In this document: one piece after another, positions 48,027-58,622 of the stretch
How the letters are laid out: every line of letters begins with the position of its first letter
Numbering within the stretch: the stretch's first letter is position 1
From: an uncultured delta proteobacterium
Lineage (GTDB): Bacteria > Myxococcota_A > Polyangia > Polyangiales > JAFGIB01
DNA: 64,000 bases
Direction: 5' to 3'
NCBI GenBank assembly: GCA_963778655.1
Contig: CAVZVA010000002.1
Coordinates: forward strand, 224,001 to 288,000
Program-made: the position numbers and the translations under genes
The notes under the pieces: generated by a model
Told to the model about the DNA's origin: nothing
The model's input: only the letters and a program-made list of their open reading frames with translations
Databases searched by the model: none

Positions 48027-49516
48027 GTGGCCGGGAACGCGTCGCACGCAATCCTCGTCGTCGACGACAATCGCGACCTGGCGGAGAACGTCGCCGAGCT
48101 GTTCGCTGGGGCAGGGCACGAGACCCAGACCGCCGCGAGCCTGGAGGCTGCGGCCGAGGCGATGCAAAAGCGGCCCTGCGATCTGGCGATCGTCGACATA
48201 CGTCTGCAAGGCGCCTCGGGGGTCGAGCTGGCGGCCGAGATCAAGCAGCGCTGTCCCGAGGCCGAGGTCATCCTGATGACCGGCAACGCCTCGCTCGACA
48301 CCGCGCTGGCGGCGATCCGCGGCGACGCCTTCGCTTACGTGCAGAAGCCCTTCGACCCTGACGAGCTGCTGACGCTCGGCGAGCGGGCGCTGGCGCAGGC
48401 GCAGTTGCGCCGCGAGCGGGCGCGGCTGCAGCGCGAGCTGTCGCAGAGCGAGGCGCTCTATCGGGGCGTGGTCGACGCGGTCGATTCGTTCATCGTCGGT
48501 CTGAACCCGAGCGGCACTGTGCAAATATGGAACCGCAGCGCGGCCGATTCGAGCGGCTGGCCGGCAGCGCGCATGTTGGGGCAGCCGCTGGCGCGCTTCC
48601 TGAGCTCGGACCACAGCCGTGCCCAGCTGGAGGACGCCCTGGCACGGGCGCTCGACGGCGAGGAGGTATCGGGCGTCGAGCTGGCGCTGGCCGCCGCCGA
48701 TGGGCGCCAGCGCCTGTTGCGCTGGACGCTGTCGCGGCTGGGCGGGCCCGAGCGGGGCAGCCCGCTGGTGCTGGCAGTGGGCGTGGACCTCACCGACCGC
48801 ATCGAGCTCGAACGACGCGCGGCCGAGACCGAGGCGCTGGCCTCGCTGGCCAATCTGACCGCGGGCCTGGCGCACGAGATCCGCAATCCGCTCAACGCCG
48901 CGGTGCTGCAGCTCGAGCTGTTGCAGCGCGCCGTGGGCCGGCTCGACGCCGTTCCCGCGCGCGCTCGCATGCACGACCGCGTCGGCATCGTGCGCGAAGA
49001 GCTGGAGCGCCTCGCCAGGCTGCTCAACGACTTTCTCGACCTGGCCCGACCCAGGGCGATCGAGCTGGTCGAGGTGGACTTGCGCAAGCTGGTGCTGGAA
49101 GAGGTCGCGCTTCACGAGCCCGCCACCAAGCAGGCGGGAATCGAGACCGAGCTGACGTTGGAGGAGGGCCCGTTGCTGGTGCACGGTCACGCGGCAATGC
49201 TGAAGCAGGTGCTGGTCAACCTGCTGGTCAACGCGATCGACGCGATGCGCGCGCGCGGCCAGGGTCGGATCGCGATCGGCTGCCTTCGCAGCAGCGAGAC
49301 GAGGATCGAGCTGAGCGTGGCGGACGACGGGCCCGGCATCCCGCCGAGATCGCCGATCGGCTGTTTTCGCCATTCGTCAGCTCGAAGGAGGCCGGCACCG
49401 GCCTGGGTCTGACCATCGTCAAGCGCATCGTCGACCGCCACGGCGGCGCGATCCACGTGGCCTCGACGCCAGAACGCGGTACGACCGTGCGGGTAAGCCT
49501 GCAGCGCGCAAGCTGA
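48027..49516 (+). pseudogene. REC-PAS-histidine kinase interrupted by a 1-nt frameshift near 49340-49343 (sequence error, pseudogene or recoding)
   Basis: The first frame (to 49412) has REC, PAS, AHEIRNPL, N-box and DDGPGI. The rest (AEIADRLFSPFVSSKEAGTGLGLTIVKRIVDRHGG...GTTVRVSL) lies in the -1 frame and ends at 49516. Confidence 0.85.
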
Positions 49517-49690
49517 GCCGACCCGCCCCCCGGCACGACGCAAATCTTTCGCCAGGGGCTGGCGAAGCCCCGCGCGCGCCCGCCAAGCGATTGAAATTGC
49601 ACCGTTCATCATCCACGATCGGACGGCTTGCGGCGCGGGTTGCGCCGTGCTTCTGGATCGTGTCGGGCCGGCGGCCCGCGACCCTAAACC

Positions 49691-50503
49691 TTGGAATCGA
49701 TCGCCCCACCACCGCCGTTCTCTCCCGCCCAGCTCAAGCTGCGCCTGACGAACGCGCTCGAGACGCTCGGGGGCATCGGTGTGCTGAGCGGGCAGGTGGC
49801 GCGCCAGCTGGTGCGCCCTCCGTTCGAGGTGCGCGCGCTGGTCGACCAGATCGAGGCCATCGGCGTGCGCTCGCTGAGCGTGGTGGTGCTGACCGCGGTG
49901 TTCTCCTCGATGGTGATCACGGTGCAGTTCGCGGTGCAGCTCGCGCGCTTCGGCGCCAAGGAATGGGCGGGCAATGCGGTAGGGGTCACGCTGGCGCGCG
50001 AGCTCGGACCGGTGATGACCGCGCTGATGGTCGGGGGCCGGGTCGGCGCGGGCATCGCGGCGGAGCTGGGCTCGATGTCGGTGACCGAGCAGCTCGACGC
50101 GGTGCGCGCCCTGGGCGCCGACCCCGTGCGCAAGCTGGTGCTGCCGCGGGTGGTGGCCACGCTGCTGGTGCTGCCGCTGATGGCCTCGATGTCGGTGGTG
50201 ATCGGCGTGCTGGCCGGGGCGGGCATCGCGGCGCTCGAGCCCGACACCCACCTTTCCTACTTCGTCAACGCGGCGCTGCGCGCCACCACCCTGCCCGATC
50301 TGTTCTCCGGTCTAACCAAGACGCTGTTCTTCGGCTTCAACATCGCAATCGTCGCCTGCTATCTCGGCATCAACACCCGAGGCGGCACGGTCGGCGTCGG
50401 TCAGGCGACCACCAAGACGGTGGTGATCTCCTCGGTGGTGACGCTGGTCTCGGACTTCTTCATGACCAAGCTGTTTCTCGCCCTCGGCTGGGGCGCGTCA
50501 TGA
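49691..50503 (+). CDS. mlaE: MlaE-family ABC permease
   Basis: RELGPVMTALMVGGRVGAGIAAELGSM.VTEQLDA, LVLPR and GVGQATT..VV. Confidence 0.92.
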   Translation: MESIAPPPPFSPAQLKLRLTNALETLGGIGVLSGQVARQLVRPPFEVRALVDQIEAIGVRSLSVVVLTAVFSSMVITVQFAVQLARFGAKEWAGNAVGVTLARELGPVMTALMVGGRVGAGIAAELGSMSVTEQLDAVRALGADPVRKLVLPRVVATLLVLPLMASMSVVIGVLAGAGIAALEPDTHLSYFVNAALRATTLPDLFSGLTKTLFFGFNIAIVACYLGINTRGGTVGVGQATTKTVVISSVVTLVSDFFMTKLFLALGWGAS

Positions 50504-51288
50504 CCCAGGAACAAGGCCCGGCCGCGCGCGAGCCCGCGCCGATCATCCGCTTCGTCGACGTGGGCATGGCGTTCGGCAAGCTGCAGGTGTTCGAGCACCT
50601 CAACCTCGAGGTACGCGAAGGAGAGATCCTGACCCTGCTCGGAGGTAGCGGCTGCGGCAAGAGCGTGCTGCTCAAGATGATCCTGGGCCTGCTGCATTGG
50701 CAGTCCGGCGCCGTGATCGTGGACGGCGAGGACATCACCCAGCACGACGAGGATCAGATGCTGCCGGTGCGGCGCAAGGTGGGCATGCTGTTCCAGAACG
50801 GGGCGCTGTTCGATTCGCTCACCGTCTACGAGAACATCGCCTACCCGCTGCGCGAGCGCGGAGCCAAGGACGAGGCCGTGATGAAGCAGCGCGCCACCGA
50901 GGTGATGGAGATGGTGGGCCTGCCCGGGGTCGGGCAGAAGATGCCGGCAGAGCTGTCGGGCGGCATGCGCAAGCGAATCGCGCTGGCGCGCGCGATCGCG
51001 GTGGCGCCCAAGGTCTTGCTTTACGACGAGCCCACCACCGGGCTCGATCCGATCAACGTGCGCCGTATCAGCGAGCTGATCCTCGATCTCAACCACCGCC
51101 TCAAGGTCACCTCGATCTGCGTGACCCACGACCTCGCGAGCGCGTACATGGTCAGCGATCGGCTGGCGATGATCGCCGATAGACGCGTGATCGCGATCGG
51201 CCCGACCGAGGAGCTGCGCAAGAGCGAGCAGCCGGCCGTGCAGCAGTTCTTGACCGCCATGAACCTGCCCGGCTCGAGGGCCGCATGA
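50500..51288 (+). CDS. mlaF: MlaF-family ABC ATPase
   Basis: GGSGCGKS, LFQNGALFDSLTVYEN, LSGGMRKR, YDEPTTGLDP and VTHD; ATGA overlap. Confidence 0.92.
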   Translation: MTQEQGPAAREPAPIIRFVDVGMAFGKLQVFEHLNLEVREGEILTLLGGSGCGKSVLLKMILGLLHWQSGAVIVDGEDITQHDEDQMLPVRRKVGMLFQNGALFDSLTVYENIAYPLRERGAKDEAVMKQRATEVMEMVGLPGVGQKMPAELSGGMRKRIALARAIAVAPKVLLYDEPTTGLDPINVRRISELILDLNHRLKVTSICVTHDLASAYMVSDRLAMIADRRVIAIGPTEELRKSEQPAVQQFLTAMNLPGSRAA

Positions 51289-52448
51289 GCCGCGCGTCGG
51301 CGGCGCAGAACCTGCGGGTCGGGCTGTTCCTGGCGTTCGGCCTGTTGCTGGCCGGGGTCGCGATCTTCGCCGTCGGTGAGAAGAGCGGCTTGTTCGAGGG
51401 CAAGACCACGCTCTACGTCTACTTCGGCGACATCAGCGGTCTGGTCGAGGGGGCGCCGGTGCGGCTGGCGGGGCTCGACGTCGGCACCGTCTCGAAGATC
51501 GCGTTTCCCGCCGACATCAAGCAGCAACAGGCGCGGGTCACCCTGTCGATCAAGGACCGCTTCATGGCGCGCATCCGCGCCGACTCGGTCGCGGTGATCG
51601 ACTCCAAGGGGCTACTCGGCGACAAGATCGTCAACCTCACCCTGGGCAGCGCCAGCCAGCCCCAGGTGCCCGCGGGCGGCACGTTGAAGACGCGCGCTGC
51701 GCCATCGATCGAGCATCTGGCCACCAACATCGAGGAGGCGATCGCCTCCATCACCAAAGTGGCCAAGTCCGCGAGCGACGCGATCGAGGGTCTCGGCAGC
51801 GAGCAGGTGCGCAACGACGTGGGCCGTATCGCGGCCTCCACCGCCAACATCCTCGACCAGATCGAGCGTGGGCCCGGCTTCGCGCATCGCGCGCTCTACG
51901 ATCCGAAGTACGGCCAGCAGGTAGAAGGCCTGCTGCTGGACGCGCGCACGGCGATCTCGCGCCTGGGCGACGCTGCGCAGCGCATCGACCACACGGTCGC
52001 TGCGGTGCAGAACGGTGATGGCTTCGCCCACGAGCTGGTCTACGGGGAGACCGGCAAGGCCACGATGCAGCAGCTGCACGATGCGGCGGAGGAGCTGTCC
52101 TCGGTCGTGCACCAGATTCGCGACGGCGACGGCTTGCTGCACAACCTGATCTTCGATCAGGACAACGGTCGCATGGTGGCCGAGCTCGACCAGGCGGCCA
52201 CCCGGCTCAACCACATCATGGGCGAAATCGAGAAGGGACGCGGGACGATCGGCGGGCTGGTGATCGATCCCTCGGTCTACGAGGAGCTCAAGTCGATCCT
52301 GGGCAACGTCGAGCGCAACGTGCTGCTCAAGGCGCTGATCCGCTTCACAATCAAGGAAAACGGCATCGCTCGCCCGGCGCATCTCCAGGTCCGCGAGGTA
52401 CCGCAGGCGCAACCAAGCGCCAGCGGCGCGCAGGCGCAGACGCCGTAG
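51285..52448 (+). CDS. mlaD: MCE/MlaD-family protein with long helical extension
   Basis: N-terminal TM, GLVEGAPVRLAGLDVGTV and GLLGDKIV; repeated G.G..H.L.YD/G helical units. Confidence 0.9.
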   Translation: MSRASAAQNLRVGLFLAFGLLLAGVAIFAVGEKSGLFEGKTTLYVYFGDISGLVEGAPVRLAGLDVGTVSKIAFPADIKQQQARVTLSIKDRFMARIRADSVAVIDSKGLLGDKIVNLTLGSASQPQVPAGGTLKTRAAPSIEHLATNIEEAIASITKVAKSASDAIEGLGSEQVRNDVGRIAASTANILDQIERGPGFAHRALYDPKYGQQVEGLLLDARTAISRLGDAAQRIDHTVAAVQNGDGFAHELVYGETGKATMQQLHDAAEELSSVVHQIRDGDGLLHNLIFDQDNGRMVAELDQAATRLNHIMGEIEKGRGTIGGLVIDPSVYEELKSILGNVERNVLLKALIRFTIKENGIARPAHLQVREVPQAQPSASGAQAQTP

Positions 52449-52450
52449 GC

Positions 52451-52897
52451 TCAGCCCGGCACGGTGAGCACGGCGCATCCGGCGACGCGTAGCACCCGTT
52501 CGGCCACGCTGCCGAGCAGCATGTGCGCCGCGCCGGAACGGCCGTGGCTGCCGATCACGATCAGGTCTGCGCCGATCTCGCGCGCGAACCCCCACAGCTC
52601 CTCGTGCGCCACACCGGTGCGCAGGTGCCCCCGCAACGGCACCCCACGTGCGGCGTGGCGCGCGACCGCGGCATCGAGCAGGTCCTGAAAGCGAGCCGAG
52701 AGCTCGGTGGTGTGGCTGGCCGACGGCATCAGCGCGCCTTCGAGCGGCAACGTGAAGCTGGGAAGCCCGTACGCGTGCACCAGATCGACCGACGCGCCCA
52801 CCCGTTGCGCCAAGTCCAGCGCGACCTCCAGGGCGTGCTCCGAGGCATCCGAAAAGTCCGTGCCGACAACGATTTTCTCAATCGGCCCCACGCTCAC
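52451..52897 (-). CDS. Universal stress protein
   Basis: KIVVGTDFS, ADLIVIGSHGRSG..LLGSVAERVLR. Confidence 0.92.
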   Translation of the reverse strand: MSVGPIEKIVVGTDFSDASEHALEVALDLAQRVGASVDLVHAYGLPSFTLPLEGALMPSASHTTELSARFQDLLDAAVARHAARGVPLRGHLRTGVAHEELWGFAREIGADLIVIGSHGRSGAAHMLLGSVAERVLRVAGCAVLTVPG

Positions 52898-52898
52898 C

Positions 52899-54323
<1,425 letters not shown>

Positions 54324-54452
54324 GCGGCTACCATCGCTGGCAATCTACCAATCCGGCCGGTCATTTCAACGGGTTGCTGCGAGCACGCTCCGTGCGCCAA
54401 GGGTCCAGCCGGGCGTTCGCGCCGAAGACCGCGGCGCCTGCGGCCCCGGGGC

Positions 54453-55274
54453 TCAGGCCGAGATGCGGATGGACTCGCGGATCTTGGTTTGCGCCTGGTG
54501 CTCGAGCTGGCGCACGCGCTCGCGCGACAAGCCCATGCCGCGCCCGATCGAGGCCAGGCTGACGCTCTCCTCGGCCAGGTAGCGCTCGTGCACGATGTGG
54601 CGCTCGCGCTTGGACAGCGTGCCCAGGGCGCAGTTGACCGCTTGCATCGACCACTCGCGTTGCTCGCGCTCCGCGACTACGGTCTCGGGCGAAGGCGCGT
54701 CGCAGCGCAGGTCGAGCGAACGGCCCTCGGCGTCCACGCCGCAGGGAATGTCGCGGCCGGAAAGCGCGGCCTCCATCTCCTCGACGTCGCGAACACCGAC
54801 ACCGAGCACCTTGGCCACCGCCTCGGCCGTGGGGCGGTCGCCGGTCTGCTGCGCGAGCTCGCGCTGCGTGCGCCGCAAGTTGGCGAGCAGCTTGCGCCCG
54901 TGCCGAGACGACGGCGTGCGCACGATACGGCGGTTGAAGATGGTGTAGCGCCGCATGTACGCGCGGATCCACCAGGCCGCGTAGGCGGCCAGGCGCACGC
55001 CCCGCTCGACGTCGAAGCGCCGTGCGGCCTCCACCAGACCCAGCATGCCTTCGCTCACCAGGTCTTCCAGCGGCAAGCCGTACACGTTGAACTCGTGGGC
55101 GATGGTCAGCACCAGCCGAAGGTGCGCGGTGAGGAGGCGCTCGAAGGCGACCTCCGAGCCGCCGGCCGCTTGCGTGGCCAGGCGCTGCTCCTGCTCGGCG
55201 CTCAACATAGGCGCGCTGCGGGCGGCCTGCTGCAGGGCGCTCAATCCTTGGTCTCGTCGCTCATGTGCCTTCAC
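54453..55274 (-). CDS. RpoH-like (sigma32-family) sigma factor
   Basis: HLRLV, DLVSEG.LGL.EA..RFD, YAAWWIRA, RpoH-box-like GRKLLANLRR and LSRERVRQLE. Confidence 0.88.
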   Translation of the reverse strand: MKAHERRDQGLSALQQAARSAPMLSAEQEQRLATQAAGGSEVAFERLLTAHLRLVLTIAHEFNVYGLPLEDLVSEGMLGLVEAARRFDVERGVRLAAYAAWWIRAYMRRYTIFNRRIVRTPSSRHGRKLLANLRRTQRELAQQTGDRPTAEAVAKVLGVGVRDVEEMEAALSGRDIPCGVDAEGRSLDLRCDAPSPETVVAEREQREWSMQAVNCALGTLSKRERHIVHERYLAEESVSLASIGRGMGLSRERVRQLEHQAQTKIRESIRISA

Positions 55275-55318
55275 GGGGGCCTCCTGCGGTCATCACTGCG
55301 CTCCGCTTTCCCCACATG

Positions 55319-55334
55319 AGCACGGTGCGTGCCA
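55319..55334 (-). promoter_or_regulatory. Sigma54 promoter for the RpoH-like gene
   Basis: Minus strand TGGCACGCACCGTGCT (GG-N10-GC), 45 nt upstream of the start; AGGAGG RBS follows. Confidence 0.75.
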
Positions 55335-55542
55335 ACCACCCGAGCCACGCGATTCGCGCGGGCTCTCCGGGTGATTTCCGCAGCCAGGCGGCACGCTCGG
55401 CGATGGTTCTGCGCCAGGTGCTTGCGAAAACGCAAATCGTGCGTCGAGCGCCGGCCCGGGTGCGCCTGTGCTTTCGAAATCCGCGACCATCCAGCGCCCT
55501 TACATCCCCCGAAACCAGATGCCCATGAGAATGCGCGGCTCC

Positions 55543-55558
55543 CGGCATGGCGCTTGCA
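55543..55558 (+). promoter_or_regulatory. Sigma54 promoter for the CBS-CBS operon
   Basis: CGGCATGGCGCTTGCA (GG-N10-GC with TTGCA), upstream of GTG 55582. Confidence 0.65.
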
Positions 55559-55581
55559 TCGAAATCAACGCGAGGGTGGGT

Positions 55582-56394
55582 GTGGAAAGTGATGACACCA
55601 AGCGCGCTACATATCTAAAGGCGGCAACGTTCCGCCGGCTGCAGCATGAGCTATCGGGAGGCGAGCGCGTGCTGGCGGTGTTCTGTCCGCGGCGCGCACA
55701 GGCGATCGACGTGAGGGAGTGTCGCAGCTGCGAGTATTGCGAGGGTCTGTGCGTCGACCCGAGCGAGCGCGAGACCTTCTTGCGCTGCACCTTCGAGGAC
55801 GCCGCCGACGTGGCGCCGGGCATCCCGAGCCAGCTGCCCGGCTCGTCGCGACCGGACGCGGGCGGCTCGGCACGAGAGACTCCGCTGTCGGCTGTGATGA
55901 CCGCGCCCCCGCATTGCGTGGCCCCGGAGGCGAGCGTCGGCGCGGTGACCGCGCTGCTGCTGGAGCAGGGCATCAGCGCGGTACCGGTCGTGGACCCGCG
56001 CGGGCGCGCGGTCGGCATCCTCAGCAAGACCGACGTGCTGCGGCTGTACGGAGGCGAAGACGAGTGGCCCCGCGCGCTGCGGGCGCCGAACGAAGCCGGC
56101 ATGGGGCTCGAGATCGGCTACGGCAACGACTCCGATCCGATCGCCGCACGCCCGGTGAGCGACGTCATGACGCGCCTGGTGTTCGCGCTCGGCTCCGAGG
56201 CCTCGCTGAGCCGTGCCGCCGCGTTGATGGCGTACGAAGGCGTACACCGAATCGTGGTCTGCGGGCCCGACGGCAGCGCGCTCGGCATCGTCTCGTCGCT
56301 CGACATTCTGCGCTGGGTGGCGCGGCGTGACGGATACATCGTGCCCGATCGAACGCGGCAGCAAACCGATTACCCCACGGAGAACAAATCATGA
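55582..56394 (+). CDS. CBS-pair protein with Cys-rich N-terminal domain
   Basis: N-terminal FCP...CRSCEYCEGLC...RC; two CBS motifs (ISAVPVVD..GILSKTD; VHRIVV..GIVSSLD). Start inferred from the promoter position. Confidence 0.85.
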   Translation: MESDDTKRATYLKAATFRRLQHELSGGERVLAVFCPRRAQAIDVRECRSCEYCEGLCVDPSERETFLRCTFEDAADVAPGIPSQLPGSSRPDAGGSARETPLSAVMTAPPHCVAPEASVGAVTALLLEQGISAVPVVDPRGRAVGILSKTDVLRLYGGEDEWPRALRAPNEAGMGLEIGYGNDSDPIAARPVSDVMTRLVFALGSEASLSRAAALMAYEGVHRIVVCGPDGSALGIVSSLDILRWVARRDGYIVPDRTRQQTDYPTENKS

Positions 56395-56852
56395 CCGACG
56401 ATCCGGGAAGGCGCGCGCCCTCAGTGGCCGCGTTGATGACGCCGGCGCCGCACTGCATCGGTGCCGATCAAACCCTCGCCCTGGCCGCCGAGCGCATGAG
56501 CGAGCTGCGCGTGCACCACCTGCCGGTGCTCGCCGGCGGCGAGCTGATGGGGGTGGTCAGCGATCGCGACGTCGCGCTGGTCCGCGCGGTGGCGCCCGAC
56601 CAGATGGGACAGCTGAGGGTGGAGGAGGCGATGACCGCGGTGCCGTATTGCGTCGCCCCGGGCACGCCGGTCGCGGAGGTCGCACGGCACATGGCGCTGC
56701 GCAAGCTGGGCTCGGCGATCGTAGTGGAGCAGGGCAAGATTCTCGGCGTGTTCACCACCACCGACGCGCTTCGCGCGCTGGCCGAGGTGCTGGAGGGCGA
56801 CTTTGCGCACTCCCGCTCGAGTCGCAGCGAAGCGATCGCACCCGACGTATAA
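56391..56852 (+). CDS. CBS-pair domain protein
   Basis: VHHLPVL..GVVSDRD, VEEAMT and GVFTTTDALRAL; paralogue of 45987-46415; ATGA overlap. Confidence 0.92.
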   Translation: MTDDPGRRAPSVAALMTPAPHCIGADQTLALAAERMSELRVHHLPVLAGGELMGVVSDRDVALVRAVAPDQMGQLRVEEAMTAVPYCVAPGTPVAEVARHMALRKLGSAIVVEQGKILGVFTTTDALRALAEVLEGDFAHSRSSRSEAIAPDV

Positions 56853-57011
56853 GCTCAGCTGCGTCCGCGGCCAGAAAGGCCGTGCCGGCCGGGACGGCGG
56901 TCAGGGGCCGCGCGGAGGGTTGCTTCGGGCTCGCTTGGTTCCGCTTTTCAAAGCTCGCCCGATGTGTACAGATTCGGGCGATTTCAGGCACACTAGCCAG
57001 GAGCTTCAACC

Positions 57012-57506
57012 ATGCCGGCTATCCGTCGCATTCTCTGTCCCGTAGACTTCTCGGAGGGCTCCGAGCAAGCCCTGCGCTACGCGGTTGAGCTGGCCAAGGC
57101 GGTCGGCGCGTCGGTCACCGTGCTGCACGCGTACGAGACGCCGATGCAGTGGGTGCCCGCCGGAATCGCTTACGACGCCGGTGAGCCCGGCGCGCTGTTC
57201 GACCTCGAACACCAGAAACAGGCGCTGCGCGACAAGCTGGAGGAGACCCGAGCGAACGCCGGCGCAAGCGGGGTCGAGCTGCACGCGACGCTGGTTGAAG
57301 GCCCGGCGGCCCAGACCATCACGGATCAGGCCGGCGAGCTGCAGGCGGACATGCTCGTCATGAGCACCCACGGTCGTCGTGGGCTCGATCACCTGCTGCT
57401 CGGGAGCGTGGCCGAGCGCGTGGTACGCCTGGCCAAGTGCCCCGTGCTCACGTTGCGCATGCAGGAGTCCGAGAGCGCGTCGCCAAGCTCGAAGCCGGCC
57501 AAGTAG
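57012..57506 (+). CDS. Universal stress protein
   Basis: RILCPVDFS, ADMLVMSTHGRRG..LLGSVAERVVR; AGGAG RBS. Confidence 0.92.
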   Translation: MPAIRRILCPVDFSEGSEQALRYAVELAKAVGASVTVLHAYETPMQWVPAGIAYDAGEPGALFDLEHQKQALRDKLEETRANAGASGVELHATLVEGPAAQTITDQAGELQADMLVMSTHGRRGLDHLLLGSVAERVVRLAKCPVLTLRMQESESASPSSKPAK

Positions 57507-57553
57507 CCGGCGCGGAGAGGCCACGACTACGACCGTCGGCTGAGCTGGACCCC

Positions 57554-58003
57554 TCAGTGCGCGTCGGCTTCGGCGCCTGCGTCTGGGCACTCGTGGCACA
57601 TGCAGTAAGGCTCGCAGCCGTTGGCCGGGTTGCCGTCGCAGTCGTCGAAGCCGTCGTGGCACACGACCAGGGCACAGCTGGCCGTCGAGCCGAACCGCAC
57701 GCAGTCGGCGTCCGCGTTGAGAATGATTTCCTGGCACGCGGCAACGGTGTCCTCGTCGATCTTGCCGTCGCAGTCGTCGTCGACGCGATTGCAGGCCTCC
57801 GGGGTAGACACGCACGCCTCGGCCGCCGCATCGGCAGGCACGCCCCCGTCCAGCTCCATGCCTGGACCGGAGTCGGGCGGCTCCGCATCCTTCTGGGACT
57901 TGGGGTTGGGCGTACGCAGCAGCGCAGAGTTGTACGCGTCACAGCCCAGGAGCAGCAAAGCCAAGGCAGAGACCGCCACCGCGCTGCGAAGAAGGCGTGA
58001 CAT
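57554..58003 (-). CDS. Cys-rich lipoprotein with a MopE-like putative metal-binding motif
   Basis: Lipobox LLGC; EACNRVDDDCDGKIDE and C..GFDDCDG..ANGCE motifs typical of myxobacterial surface proteins. Confidence 0.75.
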   Translation of the reverse strand: MSRLLRSAVAVSALALLLLGCDAYNSALLRTPNPKSQKDAEPPDSGPGMELDGGVPADAAAEACVSTPEACNRVDDDCDGKIDEDTVAACQEIILNADADCVRFGSTASCALVVCHDGFDDCDGNPANGCEPYCMCHECPDAGAEADAH

Positions 58004-58342
58004 AGAGCGGACCACGTTCGGGGATCGGCGGCGGAGCCAACCCGGCAGGCGTTCTACACCGAGGACCGCTCGAGTTGAACCGCTGATCGCAACCGGAGCC
58101 GGGTCTGAACCGAGGCGTGGGGCCCCCAGGAATACCCGAAGCATTTCAAGGCCGAAGATGCTTTCGAGGACGAAAGTCGCGAACGCGCCCGCCCGCGAGC
58201 CGCAACCGACCAGGTCATTTGTGCTCGGGTCCTGAGCAGGGCGAGGGCGGGTCAATCCAAGCGGCCAGCGGTGTGAAGCGCCCTGCGCGGTTCGGCAACG
58301 TCCGGGCACCAGGCCGCGGCTGGGCCGGCGGGGGATCCCGCG

Positions 58343-58382
58343 AAAAAAAACCGGCCAGGTGCGGTTGCCCGCCCCTGGCCGG
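58343..58382 (-). terminator. Intrinsic terminator on the minus strand
   Basis: CCGGCCAGG-N14-CCTGGCCGG followed by T8 (plus-strand A8 at 58343-58350). Confidence 0.8.
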
Positions 58383-58622
58383 GGAGATTGCCGTCTGCAA
58401 GCACGTGGGGAACGCGGTTCGTGTTGCCGACGGCCTTCACTCTGTTTAATGCCGCGCACGCGCGGTTCTGTGATCCCGGCGGAGCCGCCGGGACGAAATT
58501 CACGGCGGGCGGCGCGCCGCAGCCGGATCCCCGATCAGCGCAGAAGGCGCAGCGAGACGGCGGCCACTCGCAGCCGTAGCCCCGGCCTGGGCCTGGGCCT
58601 GAATCCCGCGGCGCCGTTCCGC

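Noticed and set aside
56955..56981. Inverted repeat TCGCCCGA...TCGGGCGA upstream of the usp gene
   Set aside because: Single instance with no U-tract and no matching known operator; it cannot be assigned.
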